DNA of 63,581 nucleotides, filler included, from Octopus bimaculoides (lineage: Eukaryota): NCBI RefSeq assembly GCF_001194135.2. It is 6 parts of 3 records of this genome, joined end to end, with 100 filler letters (N's around TTAATTAATTAA, not from the genome) between each part and the next. Parts side by side here need not be neighbours in the genome. Positions count along the whole stretch, not along the records: positions 1 to 29,165 come from NC_068992.1; 5 more parts are not named here. One strand, given 5' to 3'. Under the pieces are notes generated by a model that was not told the origin of the DNA, ran no database searches, and saw only the letters and a list, made by a program, of their open reading frames with translations. The position numbers and the translations under genes were made by a program. This document shows positions 1 through 11,600 of this stretch, piece by piece (positions within the stretch are counted from its first letter, which is position 1; every line of letters begins with the position of its first letter).

Positions 1-41
<41 letters not shown>
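1..41. repeat. (TA)n microsatellite
   Basis: Pure TA dinucleotide run at the window start. Confidence 0.95.
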
Positions 42-42
<1 letters not shown>

Positions 43-94
43 CTACGAGCGATTGATATATGTGTAAGTGCATTTGTCTTACTGAGTGAAATAT

Positions 95-1292
95 CTTGAA
101 AGTGTGTCTCCTTAAACAGTTTTTATCTAACTCTAAAAGCTGGAGACTGTCTGAGTAAGATCAGAGAAATAATCTTATACTTTTCCTGTGATGTCGATTA
201 GAGAGTTCACAACTGATTCATTATATCAGTAAACATCAGATCTTGTATCGGTTCATCCATCACTTCCCAAATGAAGGTAGAATCTAACTTTTCTTTAAAA
301 AATGTCAGAATAGGCTTCAAGAGACCCACGAACCTACTCAACACATTATTGGTTGATAGCCATATCGTAATGCAATGGATGCGTCACTGGTTTTATTTTC
401 AAGCTCCAGTTCTTCAATAAAATTTCTGAATTGCAGCTGGGTCTTCCCATTTAAGCATACAGAACTCACAATTTTCAGGCCAGTTTTCATATCATATTCA
501 TACTTGGAGTATCTGACTATCAAGTGTTCATGCTTAATAATTCAATGACAGAGAGAAACTCTAGAAAGCTAATACCACTTTTCATATGTGAAATAATAAA
601 TCCTGTATTTTCCTCCCACCACTGTTGTAACCCTCATTTTATGCAAAAGACAATTTGTTCAGTGGAACACCAGTGTTTTTTGTGCCAACACTACGAGGTA
701 TTTCATTTAATTCCACGTCTCTTCGTTCACAATTACCTCAAACAAGTATAACGAACAAAGGCAGCCAGTCGTGGAGTCGTCAATCATTAAACAGATCAAA
801 AGAAAACTTCTAAGCAATTTTACACTTTACTTGTCGCGTCAGCATTAGTCTAACAGATACACCTCTTCACAGTTGTCGTGCGAAACAGGTGTTTGTGCTA
901 TTAATCGCTGAAGTTTGGCGTCATTTGGATCTAAAAGTGCAACATCATCAGCTATATTTATTTTAAAATATTCACTATCAAAATATGAGCGTTAAGCACA
1001 AATAATATCACATGATATTAGAAAACTGGCTTTAGTCGTTGCATCGTCTTTCTTGCTTAACTTTGTCAACAATGTCTGCTGGTTACTTAGCGATGATTTC
1101 GGCACAGTTAACTTCTGATTTAGGAGGATATTCATGCGAAAATTTATTGTGATTTGTTTCATAGAAGCGTTTAAGTAGCTTTGTAATCAGTAACTGACAT
1201 AAGGTAGATAAGGCATAAACGTTTACATCCTTTAGCAGTAAATGGCAAGCCTTCCGCCCACTGTGGCTTAAAGTTTTTGTTTTCATGTTCAT
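95..1292 (-). mobile_element. Decayed hAT transposase (SPIN/GTF2IRD2-like), with multiple stops and frameshifts
   Basis: Minus-strand translation gives collinear hAT motifs: KRFYETNHNKFSHEYPPKS (ORF 1083-1292), QQTLLTKLSKKDDATTKASF, LLDPNDAKLQRLIAQTP, CH*IIKHEHL..KYEYDMKTGLKIV..NGKTQLQFRNFIEELELE (ORF 338-523), WLSTNNVLSRFVGLLKPI, QDLMFTDIMN, SDLTQTV. Confidence 0.75.
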
Positions 1293-2204
1293 ATTTCCGA
1301 GTCTTACAATTTCATGATGCTAACTTCCTACGCAAATTTTTCCAAGACACTTGTAAACAAATCTTGAAACCAAATTCTAATTCTACCAACTAGCTTTATG
1401 CAATCGACAAGCTTGCACTACACTACCTTAATGTACACACCAAGAAAGCGGCTCGAGATAAACACATAAAGCTATCTGCGACCAGTATCACTCCCTCACA
1501 CAAACACGCACACACACACAACTTCTTAACATTAGTCCATGAGCTCAATTTTCTGAAATGCTTCTGTAAACCTTGTTGACCTAAAACTTCATTATTCGTT
1601 TCGCTTGCCACCGCTCCTATCGTCTGCACCTAACAGCAATGCCTCATACAGATCTAGAGTTATCGAATAGAAATGTTACCGTTGCTCATTGCTCTATCAG
1701 GAGACGACTGCAACACCAACATAAAATAAACGAATACAAAAGAGGTCATGCAAAATGGCAGCAGTGCAAACCGTGATGTAGAAAGAAGTGGAATTTTTCA
1801 TTTGTTTTTCACTTTTAAGCGTGTGTGTCACACCGTATTATGCTTTGATGGAACGTGTTAAATATAATATCCCACATGCAAACGACAAATCCTTATATAC
1901 ATGTATGTATCAATCTGGTTGAATGAGAGTCATGGTGAAAAAATCAGAGAGCAAATTTTAAATAAAAGTGGCGGAAATTTAAAGATTTATTACAGTTTTA
2001 TATTTAGGTTTATTTGAAATAGTTGTGGAACAGCCTTCCCTCTTCCTGCAATGATAAGAAAACCTGTTTCCTCCGCACTACACTGTTGACAATTCATATC
2101 TAATAAATATTTATAAAGATAAATTTTCTTATTAACTATGGTAAGAAAAGGCCAGCCAACTTATTTCCACGAACCACATATATTAATGACCAAAGAACTG
2201 CATA

Positions 2205-2340
2205 CTGGTTTCAAATTTTAACTCAAGGCCAGCAATTTTAGGGGATGGGTAAGTCGATTAGGTCGCCTCATTTAATCCAGTGTTTTTTTTAGGGGGTGGG
2301 TAAGTCGATTAGGTCGCCTCATTTAATCCAGGTTTTTTTT
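2205..2340 (-). mobile_element. SINE family B 3' fragment followed by a ~50-bp local tandem duplication
   Basis: tggtttcaaatttt..caaggccagcaatttt..gggtaagtcgatta is the reverse complement of the family B 3' end. Units 2240-2290 and 2291-2340 are nearly identical. Confidence 0.6.
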
Positions 2341-2801
2341 TCTCCGAGAATGACGTCTACACAAAGATCAGCGATCTCTTAATCCCAGCAGTTGGATGTC
2401 TGTTGATTCGAATCATTTCATACACCCATTGATAAGTTTTGTTTTGGGTCCTAGAGGGTCACCAGTGGAAATCTTACATGTCCTCAAGCAGGCTTAGTAG
2501 GGTTGCACATTTAGTCCCGGACGGCTTAAGCCTGCAACAAATCGTACTCGGTTACACGTTACAAATATCACTAAGAGTGAATTGAGGTCGAACTTATTCA
2601 GGATTAACTTCAAACTGAAGCAATTCGTGATTGAAGCGTAATATTATCTCATGTAAAATTACAAGATTGCGTTAGATGCACTTTTACTTTACTTCCTGAC
2701 TCATAAAAATTTTCGACCGACAACTGTAACCTGGTCGCTGATACAGTTCCGCCAACTGTCATGTACATGGAGCTGTGTCAGTTACACACATATTATGGAT
2801 A

Positions 2802-2813
2802 TCTGTGTATGTA

Positions 2814-2856
<43 letters not shown>

Positions 2857-3220
2857 GGAAGTGCACATACTGAAGCAGGCATACTCATGTAAGCGCGCAC
2901 ACAAACACTTACACAGATAAATAGATACATAGATAGATAGATAGATATGGATTAATGGATAGATAGATGGATAAACTGATGGATCATTTTTTATACATAT
3001 ATATACATACATGTAAATGTGTGCATGTGTATGTATGTACGTATATATGTATAAATATGTGTGTATGTGTGAGTGTACGGGTGAGTGTTTCTCCGTTGTA
3101 TGTGCATGTTGCACGAAATTAAAATTATACATATTTAAAAAACGTACTAAAACACATTAGCTTTTCTTAATTTTTCAAAGTTGATATATAAAAAAAATAT
3201 ATGCATATATATGTGTGGTG

Positions 3221-3317
<97 letters not shown>

Positions 3318-3346
3318 CGATGTATGTTTGTGTGTGTGTATATATG

Positions 3347-3390
<44 letters not shown>
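2802..3390. repeat. Compound microsatellite block: (TA)n, (GATA)n, (GT)n
   Basis: Direct reading; it explains ORFs 2782-3132, 3181-3387 and 3201-3395. Confidence 0.9.
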
Positions 3391-3397
<7 letters not shown>

Positions 3398-4164
3398 TCT
3401 GAAGATCAGATCTAGACGTGGTCTCGTTATAGAATGATGTCTATATCTGTATAAAACTAGGTTTTCCTAAGTGAAATGAGAAAAAGTAAAAACTTTTGCA
3501 ATAAAATTTCACAGAATTAAAAATACATTTTTATAACAAAAACGTACAAAATTACCACATATGCGACCTCACGAATATTTAAAAAGTATGAAAATAAACT
3601 GGCAACTATTTCCGTTTCCGAATATTTTTTTTTTCATTTGCAATGTCCTAAACAACTTGTCACGATGTATTGCTACCATTTCCGGAACCTATATATCAAT
3701 GTTTTAGCTTTCTTTTTAATTTATTTTCGAAATTGTATTCTTCGAATAACATTCTACAGAGGGAAACATGCGTTCTTGGTTGAAGTTAGTGCTGAAAACT
3801 TTATGGAACTCCTGACATATTGATTTGTTTCACTCTTCTAAATGACTGACTGACAGTTAAATCAGAATTCAACTTGAACAGAATGGCACGTGTTATCATT
3901 ACGTTAACAAGATGTTATTGCTATATGGAATTGTGTTTTATTTATATATTTTATCTTATCCAAAATTCCAGATACAACACTTCAGTATTTAATTGACAAT
4001 TATTTTAGTCTCAAATTTAAGCTAGTGTTTTTCTGGAAAAATAGACCTGCATATTTATTATTTTCCTGATTTCTTTCCTTTGTTTTCTTACTCACGGATA
4101 AAACCATGTTGTAACTTCGTAGTATATGTACGTGTTTTTTTTATTATATATAATTTCTAATGCT

Positions 4165-4375
4165 TCGAGCAAGCAGAATCGTCAGCTCGTCGTACAGAAT
4201 GCATTGTAGCATTGCGTCTAGCTCTTTCCTTTCTGAATTTAAATTCTGCCATTGGTCAACTTTGCCTCTCATTCTTCGGTGGTTGATGAAACAAATACCA
4301 GTTGAACCATGCAGTCGAAGTAGTCGACTTTCCTCCGCCCCTAAAATTGCTATCATGGTGGGAAAATTGGAAAGC
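4165..4375 (+). mobile_element. Decayed SINE family B copy
   Basis: gcagaatcgtcagc..tctgaatttaaattctgcc..ggtcaactttgcct..accagttga..gtagtcgactt..aaaattgc matches the other family B copies in this window. Confidence 0.55.
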
Positions 4376-4669
4376 TATATACATATATATATATATATAT
4401 TATATAATATTATATAAAACAGAACGGACAGGACATTAAACTTTGCAATACTTCTTTGAAAAGGTTGTGTTGTGCGAGAAATACATACCAGTCATGATAA
4501 TGATGATGATGATGACAACAATCATGGCGTCGACGACGATAAATCTATTACTTAACGTAGGTAAATATTTTAGAGAAGGGAAATTTGATTATATTGTTTC
4601 CCAATGCCTCACTGGTGCTCATTTAATCGATCCTGGATGGTTACCCGCATTAAAACACAGTAAATATAA

Positions 4670-5142
4670 GCGCAGGAGTGGCTGTGTGGTAAGTAGCTTG
4701 TTTACCAACCACATGGTTCTGGGTTCAGTCCCACTTCGTAGCACATTGGGCAAGTGTCTTCTAGTATAGCCTCGGGCCGACCAAAGCCTTGTGAGTGGAT
4801 TTGGTAGACGGAAACTGAAAGAAGCCCGTCGTATATATGTATATATATNNNNNNNNNNAGCCTTGTGAGTGGATTTGGTAGACGGAAACTGAAAGAAGCC
4901 CGTCGTATATATGTATATATATATGTATGTGTGTGTATGTGTTTGTCCTCCAACATCGCTTGACAATCGATGCTGGTGTGTTTACATCCCTGTAACTTAT
5001 CAGTTCGGCAAAAGAGACCGATGGAACAAGTACTAGGCTTACAAAGAATAAGTCCTGGCGTCGATTTCTTAGACTAAAGGCGGTGCTCCAGCATGGGTGC
5101 AGTCAAATGACTGAAACAAGTAAAAGATTAAAAAGCAAAGAG
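4670..5142 (+). mobile_element. Near full-length tRNA-derived SINE (family A) with an internal (TA/GT) microsatellite
   Basis: Pol III A-box-like tggctgtgtgg, B-box-like gggttcagtccc, body shared with 34722-34995, 40605-40890, 42365-42545 and 51050-51266, and a tail aagtaaaagattaaaaag. A 64-bp segment is duplicated across the 10-N gap (artefact). Confidence 0.85.
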
Positions 5143-6612
5143 TAGTCTTCAATTACATTCTGACGATGCCGGAGTAGGTTATGCAGCTAATATATGACCG
5201 ATTGCCTTATCAATCCGCTTACGCATACCGGCTTCATATTGTATTTCATATTGTACTGCCATTGTGCATTAACTCCTTTGAATAATATTGATATAAATAT
5301 TGTAAAATAAATTTGGATAAAACGCATTCATTAATTCCTCAGCTTCACCCGGAAGATTGCGTTTTTTCAGAGTCAGAATTGAATTTGCCGTTTGTCGCAA
5401 TTCGGTTTCTTTAGTCAATTAGGTAAACGTCCACGGAGCGAAATGTCCATACTTAATTGCTTTCTGATTTAGTTATTTCTTTAATTTTTCAACTCATCGT
5501 TTCGTGTTCGTTTTTGCAGTGAACATATTTTCAATCTTAAATTTATTTGTTATTTTTAAGAACTTTATAAATACGTTTACATCTAAGTTTCTAAGTTTTT
5601 TTTTAAAACCACCTCCAAATGTTTCTTTGTATCTTAATTTAAGATACAGAGAAAAGTTTAAATTGAATTTAAATGCGTTCAGTTGTTAATTACAATTTTA
5701 CATTGTCACAGTAGTCCAATTCCCAGGAATACATTTCCGAAATTCTTTCTGCAACTACAAATAACTCTCACTTTGGTATATAAGCGAAGACACTTAAGTT
5801 TTCGACTGAAAATATGCTGCTTGGTTTATCAAAATACGGATCAGTAAACTTCTTAATGCTCGTAACATTCTTGATAAATGGATGGCAGGCATTCAGGCTT
5901 ATTTTTCGTCTATTACAATTTTGAATAAGCCCATTTTTTCTTTAGAAAGCGAAATAGATAATGTTCTTTCCTCGGAATATAATTTGTTAAATTTGGCATA
6001 AGTGATCTTGTGAGAATTTACTATGAATAGTATTTGATAGAAGAAAAAGGGGTGAAGTGATATTGTGAAAAGATTTTCAAAGGAATGAAGAAGGAATAAA
6101 TGCATCAATTCTCGCAAGTCTCAAGAAATTATAAACGGGAAGTTGAATAAGTCACGTGGATTTCTTATTGCCAATCATCTTTGCTGGAAAATAGCCAGTC
6201 ACAACGATTGATTAATTCTGCGATGTTATGTGCTGTCTTTCAGATACTCCATCTCATAAAAGCTGATAAAATAATGTTGTCACGATGCAACGCCTATAGC
6301 ATGCTTCAGTAGATATTTGGTGCCCATTTGGATCACTTTCAGAAATTGCTGCCGAAATTTATATTCGATTCGAAGTTCAAAGCTAACGTGACACAACCAT
6401 TTCAATACTGTGTTCACAATACACACAACTAAATATGGCTACACATCAGCTATAATGTGCTAGGAATATTGTCCATGACACTGCAAGTCTAGTACATGCA
6501 AATATATCTTTTAATGTTGATATATATATATATGTAAATATATAAAAAATTATTTGCGGTTTTGTGTGCATATAGAATCATGTATAATTTGACTATCATT
6601 GATATGTGTGTG

Positions 6613-6653
<41 letters not shown>

Positions 6654-7201
6654 GTGCATGTATGTATGCATGTATATATGCATGCAATCACGCACAAATG
6701 TGTTTATATGAAGCTACGTGTATATACGTGTATAAGTATGTATTCACAGGAAGACGTAGCCAGCAATGTCATAATGGATGTTACTTGGTGGCTAATGAAC
6801 CGGGCAAATATCTAAATAGTGCTGATCGTTGACAAAGTTGTCAAGAAAAGTTATTTTTAGAAAAACCAATGTGTGCATGTGTATATGCGTATGGCATGAA
6901 TGCATTGATGTAATAATGTATGTATTCATGCGTGGGTTTATATCTATATACGTATATCGTGTAAGTATGTATGTACGTATATACTTATGTATATGTGCAA
7001 GTACAGCTTTCTCATAACACATACATCACTTTGTGTTGCTTCCCATAAAGTCATTTGTATGTTTTTTTTGTTTTTTTTTTGTTGCAATGATTTCTATGTT
7101 ATTGCAATGCACCTGTGTAAATTCTCTGAGTGTTTACCTGTCATCATCAGACTAGTAATTCTTTTCGAACAGCTCCTTACGTTACATATCTTGTAGTCTA
7201 G

Positions 7202-7545
7202 CTAACCGTTGGGGTACCACTGATGACTTTGCAACCAAATCTCTCTACCTGTATCTGCCTTCTGTCTCTCGCACGGGTCTCTCATCTTTTGGCCTGTCCA
7301 CTCACACATGTTTTCCCACTTCATTATTTTTCTGCTTCTGCGTCTGCTACCCTTGACTGTTCTCTGAAGGACTGTTTTTGCCATCCCTGACCAGCGGGTG
7401 ACATACCCAAATCACCTGAGCTCGCGTTTCTTTATTGTGGTAACAAGGCCCTCATAGCGTCTTGTCGTCTGCCTTATTCTTCTTTTCATTTCCTCATTGG
7501 TGACACGATCTCTGTATGATATTCACAAAAGTCTCCTTATTTACT
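7202..7545 (-). mobile_element. RTE-clade LINE 3' end fragment
   Basis: MAKTVLQRTVKGSRRRSRK..KWE..EWTG matches the RTE C-terminal pattern (AKTVLQGTVxGxRRRGRQxKRWEDNIxEWTG); upstream bases resemble KLRWFGHVTR. Confidence 0.7.
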
Positions 7546-8099
7546 CTTAGAATGCTATTTGCCTCATTATACAGATTTGATATATGAATGTACCTTGATG
7601 CTTAATGAATGATAGAATCTGTCAGCATTCAAATACTGTTTGAAGAGACATTATTTGAAGAGTGTTTCGCTTTGTTTTCAAATTAAATAAAAGACGATAA
7701 TCAATATCGATATGGATTTATTTTATTAGTAATTACTAGTTATTGAGGTTTAGTATCAATGACCTGCTTCTCATGGAGTGTTGCGTTCAATCGACAAGCC
7801 TAAATGTTTGTATAAATAGTAGTGCTACCAGAGCGGTGCGTAGTATTTCTACGTTTTACGATAATGCAGAAATTTATATGAGTTAATATCCGTAACAATG
7901 TCTTGTGAAATTCTTTGTAATTAAGCATATATTTTCGCCGTATCATACCATCTTTTAGCGTGTACATTTTGGATATACACAAAAATCTACGTCTCGCGTG
8001 TCAGGTGGATATACATATTGCACAGAAGAACGAATGTTTCCATAATATGATATAAAAAATATACTCGAGGGAAAACCGTATTTCGTCCGCTCCAAGGGA

Positions 8100-8650
8100 T
8101 GGAAAATTTAAAGAAAAGTTCGCAGAATGAAGGAAGAGCCCATTTTATTTGGGAAGCTCTTCAGAGCTGCATCCATGAAAGTAAATTATGTGCATTTGAT
8201 GGGATTAGATAGGACTAATTCACTACGAAGAGCTTGAAGATAACTACGAGGTCAACGCAGAGCTTTACGTCCAGCAAACACAGAGGTTCAACGAGGCAAA
8301 CATGCTGAAGTGAAATGAATGGTGTCACGGCGTGAATTTTTCCCATCTCACGTCCTTATGTTACTATTTTTTAAGAAAAATGATATTCAAGTGCTTAGTT
8401 GGAGAAATTCTTCTGTATCCAACGTATTCTCGAGATATAGCGATTTCAGACTGAGAGATGTTTTGCCCTCCAACGACGTCGGGCTACAAATGCAATTTGA
8501 TGAATTCTTCTACTAAGACCCAGTAGTTTCTACCAGCAATGCATTGATAAGCTACTGGAACGCTGGCAAAAAAGGTCTGAACAATAAGGGGAATATATTA
8601 TTCACTCAGTTGCAAAAAAATATTGATGAAAAATAAGGATTACAATAAAN
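8100..8650 (+). mobile_element. Decayed mariner (DD34D) transposase, C-terminal half
   Basis: ELHP*K*IMCI*WD*IGLIHYEELEDNYEVNAELYVQQ, then LYPTYSRDIA (PYSPDLAP-like), FDEFF and CIDKLLERWQKGLNNKGEYII. Confidence 0.7.
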
Positions 8651-11600
8651 NNNNNNNNNNNNNNNNNNNNNNNNNNNNNNNNNNNNNNNNNNNNNNNNNN
8701 NNNNNNNNNNNNNNNNNATGCATATATATATATATATATATATAGTCACATGTATGGAAGTGGGGTGTCTTCTTTAATATATGCATGCATGCAATCATGA
8801 AATTCTTATTTACATATTATAGATTTAAATATTTATGATTTTGTGCTTCAGAGTATATCCACACTGCGTACACGCGAATGCATATTGATAGCGGCATTTC
8901 AATTATGTATCCATATTTACGTTATATAAAATACCAATATCGTATCTTGTATTAACATAATGTACAATATACCAATATATAGATTTTTATAAACGGTAAC
9001 GTTCTACATTTGTGTACTTATTAAGTATGCATTTTCCTAATTGGTTATACATGTATACACTTTCCTTTCATTTTTGTGTGCTTTGTTTTTTCTTTTGTTT
9101 TTTTTTTCTTCTACAGCTGATGTTACTCAAAATAGTATATCATCATAGATTTTTCAGAGATTTATACGTTGATATATATCAACAATCATTTCGTTATAGT
9201 TGTCTATGCGAATAAATATATAAAACATATAGAAAAATTCCAGTTTCAAGAAATGTTAAGCTTTTGGTCTCAGGCAAAATTTTCATATACTGTTTTGCTA
9301 AATCTTGAAACAAATAAATAACTTAATCCAAACAAACTTAAACAAACATCGATACGTTTAGAAATGCAATCAGAAAAACTCTTATAGATAAGTAATAATT
9401 CACAAACAAATACAAGACACAGTGGTTTCAATTTTTGGCACAAGGCCAGCAATTTTACAGTGTAGTAAGAATTTTGCTTCCTATCTACATGGTTTCAGGT
9501 TCAGTCTCTCTGCGTTGCGGCTTCTACTATAGCTCGGGGGTCACCAAATCCTTAAAGGTCGGTAAGAGAGACATCAAAAGAGATGATTATAAGTTGGTGA
9601 CTCTACAACGAAAGTCTTCCCAATAAAACGCGAGTTCTTCCATCAGATGAAGCCGTAGTGTTACTTCTTTCTGATGTTCTCATAGCGCTTTATTTACAGA
9701 GATATTGGGTTGGTTCGCCATTGCTTTCCTCAACCGAATGGACGGTTGCCCACATGGATCTTATCCTACCTCCGATAGGTCATCCTTTGAGTCCTGCTGG
9801 GTGTCCAAACACCGTTCTCACAAGAGTTAAGTTGGGAAGCCGGTTCAGTTGCCGACCACCCGACCATGAAGCACATTGCACTGGTTAACATGGTTTTACT
9901 TACTGGTCTCATCAACCTTGTCATGACTACCCTACCTGACTAGAATAGTACGGAGGTGGGGCGCGATTCGTTTAAGTAAACCCCGTGAAGTCGTTCCACC
10001 ACCATGGCCGAGGTCCAATGACTGAATTAAAACATAATATATACTGGCTGTACAAGTCGTCAACTGTAATATGAAGACCCTCTCTGTATTATATTTGTGG
10101 GTATATATGTAAAAGCCTATATGCATTTATAAGAACTTGCTAATATTTCCGCGAACTCAATATGTTGTGTATCATGAAGATATTCATTATAAGATAGTAG
10201 ATATATTTTTTCACAAGTAGGTTTCATGCTATACAACTACGTTTCTTCATATTCACGTGTACATAGTATTACTTCATTCCCAAGAACATATATAAAGCTA
10301 TTTGTATTCGTGTATGTAGATAAGGGTGTTCGTAGTAATATATTTTCATAAAAAGTATTCCTGGGAAAATGTTGATACAGATGTGCACAGGTGGAACATG
10401 TATTCAGTGATACTTAAAGAACAAAAACACACATATAAAGTATATGATAAAAAAACCTTCTAAGATTTCTCCTATAGCAGGTAATAATTCAGCGACACTA
10501 AGCTACATTTATGTGTGTTCAAAAATGAAGAATTATTCTATCCAAGAAACGCATCATTTCTCCATATCTTACTTTTGTTAGAGAAACTCATGCACACAGA
10601 CATGTTGCAACAAAAGTAAGCACAAAGAAGGACAATGTATGAACATGAACAAAGCGCTTTGTATGTCGTTAGTCAACCTGCTGGAAATAGCAACCATCCA
10701 TACTTGAAACTACACGTACTGTCTTCAAACATCACCAGGTCTATAAACGATAGTGGAGGAAAAAGTCCCACAACGATTTTTGGATTATGTTCTATACTGA
10801 TCAAGTTATGATATTCTGATCGGTATTTCAAAAAGAAAAGGGCCTAGTAGACAATATAGTAATGCATATTGCTAAATAGCCGGTATTTTCAGAAATAGAT
10901 TGTCTATATACATGTATCGTATCGAGTGGTTTAACACCAACCTACACATTCCCAGTCACGTATATGTATGACATATTCAAATATATANNNNNNNNNNNNN
11001 NNNNNNNNNNNNNNNNNNNNNNNNNNNNNNNNNNNNNNNNNNNNNNNNNNNNNNNNNNNNNNNNNNNNNNNNNNNNNNNNNNNNNNNNNNNNNNNNNNNN
11101 NNNNNNNNNNNNNNNNNNNNNNNNNNNNNNNNNNNNNNNNNNNNNNNNNNNNNNNNNNNNNNNNNNNNNNNNNNNNNNNNNNNNNNNNNNNNNNNNNNNN
11201 NNNNNNNNNNNNNNNNNNNNNNNNNNNNNNNNTATATATATATGTATATATATATAACTCTTCGAAACACTTAGCTTAGAATAGTGGCAGCTGATGAAGA
11301 AAATGTTCGCTACGTGGTCTGTTTTGTTTTCTGTGCTCTATTTATGTTCTGTTTTTCATTTTGTCCACGTTCTTTTCTGACGTCCTGTACCCAGATATGC
11401 ATCTATATATATATACATGTAGATGTCGGTATGTACATACATGTACGTATATATGCATATACTCACATATTATTTGTATTATATATAAACATATATATAT
11501 ATATATATATATAACTACTCAATTTTTACACTTTAAAATATGATCTAAATATCTATAGTGGTCATGAAAATATAACAGTCATCACACGATTTTCTCTTTG

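Noticed and set aside
1630-1790. Weak Tc1 HTH-like peptide (..CSIRRRLQ..CKP) on the plus strand
   Set aside because: Only a few residues match and no DDE region follows; it cannot be distinguished from chance.
4785-4922. 64-bp direct repeat inside the SINE
   Set aside because: The two copies flank a 10-N gap exactly: unmerged contig overlap.
5150-6480. Possible decayed DNA transposon (VMDNIPS motif on the minus strand)
   Set aside because: No second collinear motif could be established by eye.
9640-9950. Minus-strand gaggaaagcaatggcgaaccaaccc resembling an RTE/BovA-type 5' UTR motif
   Set aside because: Too short and degenerate to call without an alignment.
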